A DNA stretch of 60,794 nucleotides, filler included, from Platydemus manokwari (taxonomy: Eukaryota), in NCBI GenBank assembly GCA_037951405.1. It is 5 parts of 5 records of this genome, joined end to end, with 100 filler letters (N's around TTAATTAATTAA, not from the genome) between each part and the next. Parts side by side here need not be neighbours in the genome. Positions count along the whole stretch, not along the records: positions 34,396 to 50,974 come from JBBMOY011161436.1; positions 51,075 to 60,794 come from JBBMOY011213433.1; 3 more parts are not named here. One strand, written 5' to 3'. The notes beneath the pieces are model-generated. The model saw only the letters and a program-made list of their open reading frames with translations, was not told the DNA's origin and did not search any database. Within the stretch, counting starts at the first letter, position 1. Each line of letters opens with the position of its first letter. Positions 41,401-54,558 of this stretch are shown here, in pieces. Made by a program: the position numbers and the translations under genes.

Positions 41401-44400
41401 TAATATTACACTTTGTATATTAGCAACATTTTTGCCGGATTGGAATTCGATATTGCAGAATATAAATAAATCCAAAAGTAAAAAATGATATCATAATATT
41501 CCATATTTGTTATTTGGAAATAATAGAAATAAATCTCTTGTTTTACTTCTGCTTTAGTGAGTCATCAAAAATTAATACATAAAAACAACTTCGCCCAACA
41601 ATTTCTGTTCTGACATATTCTATTATTTCCTCGATAATCTTTTGTTTCAAATAGTTTATTATAATTGAGAACATAAAATCGTTACCCTGGTGATCTGCAA
41701 CATTTTTTTTAAATATGAAATTCAGTAATGTGTTCTATTAATTATGCATTTGACACAACAATATGTTGACAAAAAGAAGAGACCGACGCAAATATCAACT
41801 AATAAATTTTAATGGATAGGATTATTATTAATTATAATAACAAATTGGATTAATTGACTTGAAGTGGACAGAATTAATTTATCAATATTTACTCAGTTAC
41901 AGGCTGTCATCAAACAAATTTACTGAAATACTGATTAAAATGAATGGATAAGCAGTATTTTCGATCCGGAAATTACTGGTAATATGAATGTGAATATATA
42001 ATGAGAGATGATAGAATGTTAATATCTTTTACAATACTGTTTTGTGACACAGCACTGAATAAATCTTTGTTTTCCTATTATTTCTGCAAAGCCATAGCAA
42101 ATTTGTTATTCGTTAATGTTTCATTTCAATAAAAGAAATTTTTAACGGAAATTCAAATTTAATTACTGGCTCAATGTTACCATGGTAATGGCCTATTTGA
42201 ATCTTATAATTGATTTTCATTGACTACATAAAAAGTTTACACATATTTAATGTTCTCCATAATAATATATTTATTATCTTATTAATTCATTTCAAATATT
42301 TTTGACAGGAAAAGAAATAATAAGTGATAAAGACGAACCAACAAATAGTAGATGTATGTTCCATGAAATATCTTTGTTGGTTTTGGGTGACATTGTAAAT
42401 CACAACGATTTTCCCAACACAGTAAACCAATTCATCAGGATTGATGACAATTATACAATTATCAGAAAGATGAGAGTTGAATCCGAATCTAAAGGTGAAT
42501 CACAAAATGATAATTTTGACATTCAAATGAAAATAACAAACATCCAATTAAGCTTTAATGTTTGATTATTTGTCGAAGACTTTGCTACCGAATTGACAAG
42601 TTTCGACGAGTACACCACTGAAATAGATTTTGTTTCATAATTTAATCAAACTACAAGATAACCACTTTTTTCCATTCCGTCAATGATGATAGTTTGTGGC
42701 GAAGATTGTGGCTGTTGATAATTTGAGTGGGTTTGTGTTGGTTTACCGTGATCACTTTTTAGACTCATAGGGTGATCCTCAGGTCGAGTAAGATCTATAA
42801 AATAAATAATTTCAATTAATTGATTTGAACAATAAATAATGGATTATTATAAATGATTTTTTATCTAATTTTATTGAATTGATTATTAGATTTGATTACA
42901 ATTAATTTCACTTGATAAGCTTCTAATATTAATTAATTAAAAAAAACATTCATTATCAAGACAATGGTGTTGGTTTATTTATTGCGATTTTATATCGATG
43001 TTGTGAATTTAGGAAATTTTTGGAGTTGCAAAGATAAGAAGGAAATAAAAGCGGAAGAAATGAGGGAAGGATCAAGTGCATAATATCACTATAGCTTTTT
43101 ACAATCTACTGTTTAATCGAATTAAAGCAAAAATAATAAAGAAAATGTATTTATTAAGCTGCAATTATTACAATAGAGATTCGAAAACCAAAATTAATAA
43201 TAATCAATAAAGTAATTTAGAGCGTGCAAATGATAACACAATAAATGAATCATACACCCACTATTAAATAACGAAAATATAAAAGTTATTATATTTAAAT
43301 TATATTAATGTTAGATTATTATATTATAATATTATACTATATTAATATATTATATTATGATTAATATATTTATTACATTATTATTAGATTATATTATGAT
43401 TTATTTATTATCTCATTGAACCTAGATCATTAATAAAAATCAAAATTTATTATTCAATACACTTTGGATTGCTTTTGAAAAAGCTGGGTTATCGTGGATT
43501 TGCTCTGGCTAATGCCAGTGGTGGTTTATAATTCATTACCTGTCTGAAAGTTTATATTTTTTTGAGGAATTTTAGCAATTGACAATACAATTTAGTAGTC
43601 CTAATCCATAATTTAATAAGGCTAACTTGCTGTTAACAGCTATATAATCACGAATAGGTATTTTTAAAATTTTCCCTACTCCTATATGACTTTGTGTCGA
43701 GACATTGACGAGTAATATGGACAGCTGAAAGAAAAATATCATATACTGCTATTTTATTTTATTATCTTAGCAACTCTCCAATGGATATATTGGCAAATAA
43801 TTATTAATCTCTTAATTCAATTAAACATTATCGAAAACAATTGCCTAGATCCCGGTATTAATCGGAGGAAAAATATTTAAGAGGCATTTGATACCCATAG
43901 ATAGCATAAGCATAATTAATAGAATTGAGTTGGCTAAAGATTTATTCTGAAAAAATTGAGAAAATATAAAAAGATATGGAGCTCTATAAACATTAAATTT
44001 TAAAAGAATAAATTAGAATGAGGAATTTGTTGGTTTCATCTTTTTCTAGAACTGAGAAATGGTCCCAAGCAGATTCTTAGCTTTCAACCTATCTTCAGAT
44101 TTTGCTCATACATCAACCAATTCATGAACTTTACAAATTTGGATAATCGATAACCTTAATTTATTATCTGGACATAAAAGTTAGTAAAATCTGTCACGGA
44201 TAATGCACTGATTTTTTCATTACCATAAATGAAATTTTTTTTATTAAGATTTACCTTCACTGGTTTGCGTGAATTTGGATTGGCAAGAAACAGATGAACT
44301 GCGAACAACATATTCTTTGGGCTGTGAATTTAACCGAAAAGGTTTCTCCCCATTGAAGTGTTCCGATTTATATGGTTTTGGATTCTTATTCATTTCGAGA

Positions 44401-45326
44401 GGATAAAATTCAGATCCGCACGCAATGAACTGTTCTTCATAAAGAAATTCTTTAAAAAGCTGATTAAAACTACAAACCTAAATAAAGAAATAAGTTATTT
44501 ATTATAAGTTTAGTTATATACTCTTTTGAAAGGCTTTGAGACAGTGAAGAGTGTTTGGATTGGAGGATTAGATAGATTCAACATGTCAGAGATATCGTAG
44601 AGTAGATCCTGGAATTTCATTTTATTATCCTTTTTGATAACAACGACAAATAAAGATTTCCTATCAGTATTGCTAATGACCACAATTTCCCGACCAGGAG
44701 ATTTCTTGAAATTTCGATTCGATCTTACCGTCAATAACTTCTCAAGATTATCTTCTTTTTTATGATCTCTCACAGAAAGTTGAGATGATATCTTTGAACT
44801 TACTTCTTCATAATTTTTCATGAAAAGATAGTGATCGTTCTTCCTGATTTTACCTGCACTAGGAGGTTTATTGATCCAATGATTCTCGCTACTCTTTCCG
44901 TATTGAATACCATAAATCAAATTCTGCACACTTGATACAATATATGATTCTCCTGGCTGGAAACTATTTACATCTTTGATTTCGTTACCCGTGGGTAGAT
45001 GGAAAATATGTCTTATACCAGTAGGTGTTGAGATTTTTTCATTTAAAAAATTCGTCAAGGTTTCGAGAGTTAAGAACCATTTTTGACTGATGGGAATAGC
45101 AATTCCTTTAAAATGTGGATCACCGTTGCGAAAAAACGTGACGAGTTTTCCTCTCTTTTGAAGAATTCCGTGAGTATGGCTTGATATAGGTAATTGGTCT
45201 AAATATTCAAAGGAATGTTACTCTGATTTTTTTGTTTTTAAATACACAGAATATTTAGACGCCAAACATTATTTAGTCCTTTCATATACAGCTATATATT
45301 AGTGCCGGTTGATCATCATCAACAAC

Positions 45327-45364
<38 letters not shown>

Positions 45365-46801
45365 CATTATTATTATTATTATTATTATTATTTAATAACA
45401 TTATCCTTATCATTTATATAAAAATAAATTATTATTATGAATATTATAAAGGAGAAATTACAACTATCCATTTCGTATTGGAAAAAATTATTATTATTAA
45501 AGCCCATTATAAAGTCAATAGAAACAGTCAATCACAATTTCCTTCTGAGTTGTCAAAGCAAAAAAACATACATTGTAACAAACAAGTGCTTTAAAAATAG
45601 GAATACATTAACTAACAAATCACTAACGATAAAAATCGATAAACATCATCCAAATCAATGCCAATACCGCCCTACATTCATAATGGTAAATTAAGAGTCT
45701 AAAACTAACCCATATTATTGCAACTGTCCTCGAAAGATAAAGCATCAATAGTCGTTGAGGTATCTGATAATTGTTGATCATCGTTTCGATAGCGACTATC
45801 AACAACATTTGCTAAGCCTGTTGTTGATTCTGAAGATGACATTTATTGATGACCAAATCACAATGATTAATTAAATATTTATAAAAAATAATAAAACAAG
45901 AAACATTAAATCTGTATTTGATATTCAATTTTCATTGGCTCGATGCCGTTTAAGTATACTTCCATTATTATGTCTCACTCGCATCTATAAATGGGATTTA
46001 TAGAGTTTGTTTCTCTAGAAATAAGTTGCATCTCTCTGATGATGCCATGTTGTGACAATGACGTCTTTGTTGCCAATGGAGAATAATGCTTGTTTGTGAC
46101 AAAGAAAATGTAGGAAATGTTGTCCAATCATTCATCAACAATGGTCAAAGCTCAGGGAAATCAAATAATTTAATTGAGGTTTAAAATTTTATTAATTAGT
46201 TCGGATAAAATGAAATCTTTACCCTACCTGACATTTGTTCCGATAATGAATTATTGATGATCTCCTGTTAAAAATAACAGTTTATTAATAATTATTATAA
46301 TTAATAATATATTATAAAAATAATTATAATAATAAATATTAGTAATAACAATAACATTAATAATATCTAACTAATTTTTATCTAACTATTATTTATAATA
46401 ATAATTACAACTTATAATAATGATATTAATAATACTAATAATAGTAAATTTTAAAATCACATTTCTCGTTAAATATCAAACAACTTCGATAATTTTAAAA
46501 TATATCTGCATTATTTAATTGAAGAATATCTTTATAATAAAAGAATAATTTTATTTTGACATCATTAATAAATGGATAGCTAACATACACCATAAAACTA
46601 TTATTTATAAATATATACATATAATATTTACAATTATAAGTAGAAAGAAAATATTAAATTGGTCTTAATATATTTAAGTTAAACAAAAGTATTTTTAATA
46701 CAAAAGTATGACAAACAAAAATATGAGACAATTAAACTTACATGTTTGTTAACATAAGTCAAAGTGGGAGACAATTGGCTTCGTTTATACATGATGGTCA
46801 T
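35423..46801 (-). CDS. DCX-EMAP: DCX-EMAP / EML-family microtubule-associated protein: two doublecortin domains + HELP + WD40 (TAPE) repeats, about 890 aa visible, C-terminus probably incomplete
   Basis: Phase-consistent exons: 46801-46742 (tentative first), 46264-46228, 45198-44522, 44477-44255, 42794-42663, 42617-42542, 42488-42339, 40933-40873, 40826-40728, 40675-40415, 38875-38723, 38667-38554, 38208-37933, 37037-36875, 36374-36271, 35512-35428 (read-through gives TAG ending at 35423). DCX1: GKLVTFFRNGDPHFKG...GIRHIFHLPTG...YIVSS. DCX2: GREIVVISNTDRKS...EQFIACGSE. HELP: LKLNWIFGF...LVYCVGKIVVIYN...QRYFMEH...FAVHPN...GSGQ. WD repeats: FHPDDSSTIVTYG, ILSGDSNGSIHLWS, FVSGGSDKLIIKWS, LQYSPDG, LRIDWSSDS. 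Confidence 0.9.
38936..39185. mobile_element. hAT (Charlie/Buster-like) MITE, 250 bp, in a DCX-EMAP intron
   Basis: Terminal inverted repeats CAGGGGTCTCCAAA... and ...TTTGGAGGCCCCTG; CTCTAGA on both flanks, matching the NTCTAGAN-type target of Charlie/Buster hATs. Confidence 0.8.
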
Positions 46802-47938
46802 GACAAATGAATAAATCTTTCAAATTAAAGCTTCTTTAAAACAAAGTTGTTATCCAGTTATAATTTTGTATCCAAGCGATTTTTCTCTCGTTCACTACGA
46901 TGTGCTTGAAATGGAAAAATTTCTATTGTCATAGAAAACAATATTGAAGATGATTGGTAGACCACACAGTCACATTTTGTCAGCAAACAATTTTTGCCAT
47001 CTGCAGTCAATTTGGATGTTGTTCTCTATGTAATTTCTTTTGTCATTTTATGTAGGAAAAAATTTATTTTTAAAATACAATTTTGATAGAAAATTTGTCT
47101 TTTTTTAATTGCTTATCGATTTCCTTGGATATTTTATTTTCTGTTTTTCATAATTTTATAGTGATTTTTCACTGAAACATTGGCCAGAAATAGTTTTTAA
47201 TATTTACAATATTTTTGAAGATAAATAAAATCAATAAATGCTCATCTGTAAAAATAATATGGGATCAAATAGTGAAACTTTTAGTTGGATTATAAATACT
47301 GATTTTATAATTTTTATCTCATTCCATATTTTCATTCATCATGATTACCGTGCAGTTATCATTGTAATAAGATGTTGGTAAAATTTTTCCGACGATGTCA
47401 TTAAGTAAAGGTAAATAAATCTGCTAATCGAATATTTATAATTCAAGAAATATTGAGAATAAGTTAAGAGTTCATGTTCTAACTGTTATTTTATTTCGTG
47501 AGTTTCTAAACCTAGCGAATGAGAATATATATAGCAGATACTGATAATTAATCAAAGATGTTGCTCGTGTAAGTGTTGATAAATAATAGAATTATTGGCG
47601 CCAGTTGAATATTTAGAAAATGTTAAACACAACACCAAAATTTTCAATAAATTATTGGGGATTGGAGAAATTTCATGGACAATAAACATTGCATGACTTT
47701 GACCATTTATGTATATTTTTTATCATGATCACGTTTTCTGATTTTCTTGAAGAAAGTGTAAGGCTCATGATAGTATGGGTACACTTGTATTATTACTTTT
47801 ATCGTGATTCAATTTCCAATTCCTTAATTTTGTGTATGGAATTTTACTATGGGAAAATCGTAATATATTTTCTAACACACTTTAACAGAGTTTTCATTGA
47901 CCTTAAATAATAACAATGACATTAATAATAATAATAAC

Positions 47939-47980
<42 letters not shown>

Positions 47981-48519
47981 TGTTAGTGGCCGCTACTTCA
48001 CTTGTTACTGGTATTTCATCAAGAGAACTCATGATTAGGATTTTCTCAAATTTATTTTATAAACAAATAAAACATTTTTCAAACAAATTTTGGAGAGCTC
48101 TGTATTTTATTTTTAATCTCAATCAGGATCATATATATAAATATTTATTTTAAAAAATCAAGTTAGTTAAATTTTAATTATAAAATTTTAAAACATTTTA
48201 CATAAAGATATTAAATTTTATAATTTATTTAATTTTTTTAAATTGTAATTTAAAAGTTGTTATTTTTAATTATTTTAATTAAACCTCATAATTAATAATA
48301 ATAATAATAATAATGATTAATACTAACAATTCTCTACTCGAAATCTAATAATATACAAGGTGGTTCAGAGGATAGTTGGCAGTGACAAATAAATTTTTCA
48401 ATCACTCATCGAGCTTGTTTATATATGCTGCATTTATCAAATTTAGCTTTTTTATATCTATGTGCGCAATTTGGAATGATAATTAGAGTATTTTAATTGT
48501 AATGCAAGTGTTACTCTAA

Positions 48520-49230
48520 AAATGGTGATAAAAAACAGCGACTGAACAAAGATAAAAAATCTTGTAACCTGAACAAAAAGTTGTAGACTCCTCGGCATGA
48601 TGCATGTCTAAACAAATTTGTTGAGTGTCTCCTTTCAAAGGACATCATTGTAGTGGTCAACCAAACATGTTCCCTGTTACCAAATAGCAAAGAACATATC
48701 GATTTGATGATAATCAATGTCAAGAAGATAAAGATTTTTTCTTGTAGACATGAAATGCCTAATTGACACGATGAAAAACTTCCAGGAATTGGATAAAAAT
48801 ATAATAAATCACTAGACCGATTTTAGAAACGAGCTAGTCAAACCGAAACCAGACTTCAATATCGAGCTTTTAACCTGCATTATAGACTCTTTCGGTACCA
48901 TCCCGGTCGCAACTGAAGCAATTTTATAAAAAATTGGAGTGCCAAAGACAAAAATCTGAAACCTGGTCAAAGAATGCGCAATAGGTAACATTGAACACTC
49001 AGCAAAAATCTGGCAATTCCACTTTACTGGCGTTCTGATAGATTTCATCTAATCTACAAAACATTCAAACTGTTCCAATCCCAAGAGAGCAGAGATAAGT
49101 GAAATAAGAAAGCAACATTGTAATAGGCCTTGCCTTTACTGACCCGATGACGTCACGAAATCAAAAGCTTCTAGACCCAAGCAAGTCACAATTTATCCTA
49201 CAAAAATGTATCAAACTTATATTTTAATAA
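48520..49230 (+). mobile_element. 5'-truncated non-LTR retrotransposon relic with restriction-like endonuclease domain (R2/NeSL/Utopia group) and 3' UTR
   Basis: Disabled frame: C..NKKL*TPRHDACLNKFVECL...EHIDLMIIN...IF/LVDMKC...LLTCIIDSFGTIP...KIGVP...LVKECAIGNIEHSAKIWQFH...* (ends 49052). Contains RHD, PD-(x)-D-like and IIGSxG-like motifs, three stops after RHD and one frameshift. Confidence 0.7.
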
Positions 49231-50910
49231 ATCTTATGACATAACAATAATCGTCATTGTTATTATTTTACATTGGATATGAAACACTTAAATAAATAAT
49301 TATTTATAAAATTTTAATTTCCTTTAATTATAATTCCATATTTTAAAAAATTGGGAGAGCAAATCAATTGATAGGCGAACTATCAGTCATATAAATATTA
49401 AAAGTCGTGCTTTTTCCTAGAAAGATCTCGCAGCTATTTTAATAAAGAAAACCACTATTACATTATTGGTAACGAATAAATTACGGTATCTATTCTATAC
49501 TTATTATTTATTGACACACGCCCACATCTATCATCTATCAACATTCTCATTCATATTTTCCATTTCAGTGAGACAGTGGAAATAGATTTATTTAATTTGG
49601 GTTACTTCTTGATATTGAATAACCTGGTTTTTGTTTTTCGTTTATTAAAGCCAGTCTACATTGAGAAATCAGTATAAGATTCCATCGTTGCGATGAAAAT
49701 AACACGTATTTCGCGTTCCATGCGAACCGGTTATCTTCATTAGTTTTCCATTGCGATATGCACATCATCGTACGAAACAAGAACGTATGTCAATCCGTTT
49801 TACTGTGTTGATATTGGAGTATGTGATGAAAAAAAACCAGAATATTTTATCGACTGAAAACAACGGATAAAATTATTGTTTTTCTTTTTATCCATTGGTA
49901 GCAAATGAATTCATGTTTTACCAGTCGAGACTGTTAATGGTAGATAGTTAATGAGCGATATTTCTCGATATCAAACCTTATCATTCCTTCCATTATTCTC
50001 ATGGTGATTGTGATAAAAGATGATTGACTTCTGGAAAATAGATTTACACTGTTCACAGAACTCGCAAATGAATAATCTCGAATAAAATTATTATTTTTTG
50101 TATCTGCAGGATTTATTATTATTATTATTATTATTTATTAATAATTTCAATTATTCGATAATTATTATCATTGATAGATCATGAGTTGACAGAAATAGTA
50201 ACAGAATCAAATCTATCAATTCGATATAACGGTTAACAATTCCATTTTTAACATTTCAGCACCTCATTGCCAGTAGAATTGGATTTGCCTTCTATAACAG
50301 CATTTCAGAACTCACACTTTGTGTTACTTTTTCATCTCCTACATATTGTTGATTTTGGTTATGATCAATAAAATGTATATATTTGGGTTAATCTGAAATT
50401 GTTAGTGGCTAGCATTTACTTGATGGCATTGAAGACGATTTAATTATTTGAAAAACAAAAATGAATATTATGGAAAGCTTTTCTACAAATCTAATAACAT
50501 TATTAAGTTTTATCGTTTATTTCACATAATCATGAAATTATGATGATTTTTGTTTTATCAAATAGAAAACTCGCACACACGCACACTTATCAATTCATGT
50601 TAGGAACGCCATTCGTATTACTTAAGGAATATTCACGAAAAATTATAGTTCTCGTTGATTTTTAGTTGCTTACTCGAACATATTTGATCGCGACATGGTA
50701 ATGTAAATATTTTTTTCAAATTGGATAGAGAATTTTAGCACCTATTGTTTCTCCTCAATATGCAGTCACAGTTGGAAGTTTACAATGGCATATTTATCTC
50801 ATCTTAGTGCTTGAAATAATAAATAATTTGAAGAAACGAGATATGATTGTTTTAATTCAATGAAAATTATCTGATGTGCATTGTTTTCACTATGATCATA
50901 ATAATAATAA

Positions 50911-50913
<3 letters not shown>

Positions 50914-50974
<61 letters not shown>
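50914..50974. repeat. (TAT)n microsatellite abutting an assembly linker
   Basis: Direct trinucleotide array; similar arrays at about 45327-45392 and 47924-47980. Confidence 0.95.
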
Positions 50975-53805
50975 NNNNNNNNNNNNNNNNNNNNNNNNNN
51001 NNNNNNNNNNNNNNNNNNTTAATTAATTAANNNNNNNNNNNNNNNNNNNNNNNNNNNNNNNNNNNNNNNNNNNNTTAAATTTATTCATTGAAATACAAAT
51101 TTCAACTCATTTTTGTAAAAGCCGGAATCATACTAATACACCTAATATTTTTTTCGCACCTTTCGAGATCAAACATTAAAATATTGAATTATTTATATTC
51201 CATCGGTATAATATTAACGAGCAAATTTTATCTTGAATGAATTATAGGAGAAATCTTAAGGGAATTAATTTATTTGTATCGATTTTTACCAATAAACATA
51301 GACGATTAAATTCGTCTCCCGATTCATATAAATAGGGCGGGGAAACGTCATAATTTCCGAACATTACAAACTACCGTCTGTTACACAAAAACTCCTCGTT
51401 ACGTGAAGTCGTATTTTCATTCAAAGCCATTCTGCTCGTATTCGACCTGATTCATATTTGACCAAGAAGAATTTGCACAAGCCTTTGATCAAGTACATGC
51501 CCAAAAAGCCTTGAGTTAGATTAATTCTATAAAAAACTGATCAGTAGTGTAATAGCCGTGTATATTGTCTTATTATAGAGTTTTATCTCGAACGTCTTGA
51601 AAGGTGGTTTTCCTGCAAGAGTGTGTAGTTTATTAACCGTAAATCTTCCCTTTAGTCATTGTATATTTAAACATACTAGTTGTAGTAATTTATATAATTG
51701 TTACGTAATATTTGTGTCAATAAATTTTTATAAAACACGAGTTTGTTATTGATTTAGTAGGATTTTGATAATTGAGACTAATAGTTTGAACAAAGTACTG
51801 CATAATTATAAGGAGAAAGTTTTTTTTTACAATTGATCATTGTTGCCGTTTGATATTATCATCATATAATATTAAACGCGAGGCGAAGAAAAAATTAAAT
51901 AGGTTCTATAATTCGTACCTAGGGCTTGATCAGAACCAGGAGTGACTGATTAAGACAACAGTGATCATCAACAATAATTGAAATTAGGAGACTGATAAGA
52001 TTAAAACAATAATAGCATGCCCCAAACGCAATAGGTTTTACCTCTTTATTTTTCTGATTGTTATTTTTAGTAATCTATTTATTTAGGTTTCAAAACAAGG
52101 TATCTTTCAATTTATATTTTGATTTTCCTTATTATCATTTTATGTTTAGATCAATTAATGTTCGGTGTGATTCACAGTGTAGTTATTTTTCGAAAAAAAA
52201 TTATATGAATTATTATCATTGTTTATTAATTATTTTTTATTATTATTTATTGTACGCCACAATATTCACTCAAACCAATGATAAATGCAACCATTATTAA
52301 TTAAAAAAATTGCTAAACTAGTTTGATATACAGATGCGATTGTAACGAATATAATAAATAAAGATTATTAAATGTGTTTACCATGTATCAAGAAATAGAT
52401 TATTAAATAACTTTTATACGAAATTAATTATTAAAAAGTGCAAATCAATAATTAAAATATACTAATATTAAAAAAATAAGAATTAATTGATGATTTAAGA
52501 TCAACAGCTGTCTTAAATTAATCATTAATAACAGAATAAATTTCAAAATATGAAACATAATATTTAGCGTGTAAATAAATTATTTATGAAATTAATATTT
52601 TATTATTTGCACCTGTGCTTAAGAATCAGCCATGCTTGGAAATATAGGAAAATTCAAGTCAACAATTTTTATCAATCATTAAGCATATATACGAAGATTG
52701 CTCGCAGGAAAGTATATAACAAAAGAGGAAACATGGTAGAAGAAGAATAGTAAGAATTTTTTATTATGAATATGTTGAATAGAGACAAGATCTTGTAAAA
52801 GAAAGACGATTTTGCACCTTAGAACCCCTGCTCCAGCAGTATTTGAACGTCTACACAATTATGCAAACATATATACACAAATAATAACCTAATTTAATTT
52901 TGCAGTAACAGTCTTTATTTTTTTGAGTTAAAGATTCAAAAATCTGACACAAGTTTTAACGTCTTTAACAAAGTTTATTATGAACATTTACATTGTAAAT
53001 AATTAACTGTAATGTATATATCATTATTTATACTTGTGTTAAAGGTAAAAAAAAATATTGTATCAAAAATCAATTTAACTTCCCACTCATAATCAGAGCT
53101 AATAAAGATGTTATATGTTGATCGAGACAAATCAATATATTTAGGTAAACCGATTCAATGACTAAATGTAAAAAGAATTCAAGTTTCCTTGAATATACTT
53201 AGAGAGCATAGAAATTCAACAATAATATTAGGGGTAATACCGCAAACAATTTTGGAGTAAGATTATCATACCTATCGTTTCAATATTTGATTATTAAAAT
53301 TAATTTGTACTGTTATCTTCGATTAATATGAAGTTGGCTTAATGATATCTATACACTTTTACGAACGTCATCAATTATTTTTGAGAAGTATTGGAAATTG
53401 ACTTCATTTTATGTTATTTATATATAATAAAAGTCTGATTGCTGTAATAATATCATAACTATATTGTAAAAAGTATTGTACGTTAAGGGTCGCTCATGTA
53501 ATCTCGTTTTAATCTGATATTCTTGTATTAATGGTGGTGCCTTTAGTTTAAGCATCACATCTTGATTTGAACATTATTTTAATAAGCGTAAGTCACATAA
53601 TTTATTCTCTAAAACAATATTATCCAAAATTGATTTATTTTTTGAGCTTTATTAAGATTTTATTCATATTATTGTAATTTCTATCACTAATAACTAAGTT
53701 ATCTTGATAATAATAATTAATAAAAGATGACGATTTTGTTAAAAGGGCTAAAAAGATTAACGATTGAGTGAAATCAATTCAATCAGCACGTTAGAAATCA
53801 ATTTC

Positions 53806-54558
53806 ATGGTAAGTTTTTGAATAGTTACTTTTAAAGTATTACTATCATATTTTTCCTTATTAATAAGAAATTCTTTTAAAATACTATTTTGATCAATATA
53901 ATTTTTTGGATGATATATAATGAATATTAACTACTTGAAAATTATACATATATTTTATTTTTCGTTACATGCAATTAATAAATTATTGTTTAAATAATTA
54001 GGAAAATTATGATTTTCTTTTAATATTTCACATCTAAAGCCTTTTATATTGATTTAAATTAGATCTATTTATTTAAGTAATTTATTCAACTAATTTATTT
54101 ATTTTTTACTGGTCTAATAATGGTTTCACAGTATATTCTTTCATCGAAACTTGAATTTTCAAGTAATTTTCTTATAATTTATTAATAATAAGTTTACTAC
54201 TACAAAGGTCTTTTATGGAAAATATTTTTGTGGTCGTTAATTTCGAATATTTTTGTCCATATTATTGCAGCAGGGGTTGCAATTAAAAATTTATGGATCC
54301 ATAAACATGCGAGAATCTATGCGCCGCTTTTAATTATTTTCATGAGTGTTTTAAGTATCTTTACCGCCAACTTATTTACAAGTAATAATTAATGGACTTG
54401 TTAAATGTTTCTGATCCTTTAAAACAGGCTTAGCAATTTCTAGCATATATTATACAGCAGAATTCCCTTTCAATGATTGGCACGCTTTCATCATTGGTAC
54501 CTGTCAAACACTCGGCATGTTTGTTATATCAGTGACTCAAATTACCACCACACTGTGA
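53806..54558 (+). CDS. TMEM170: Transmembrane protein 170 (ER/nuclear-envelope three-TM protein), 112-115 aa
   Basis: Exons 53806-53808 (ATG only, followed by gtaagt), 54132-54162, 54208-54381, 54428-54558; an alternative in-frame ATG is at 54120. Translation ...LLWKIFLWSLISNIFVHIIAAGVAIKNLWIHKHARIY...FTSLAISSIYYTA...AFIIGTCQTLGMFVISVTQITTTL* aligns with TMEM170A (MWYGVFLWALVSSLFFH...LRHHKYGRF...TSAAIAGVY...GTGQT...LRILATL). Not in the ORF track. Confidence 0.88.
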
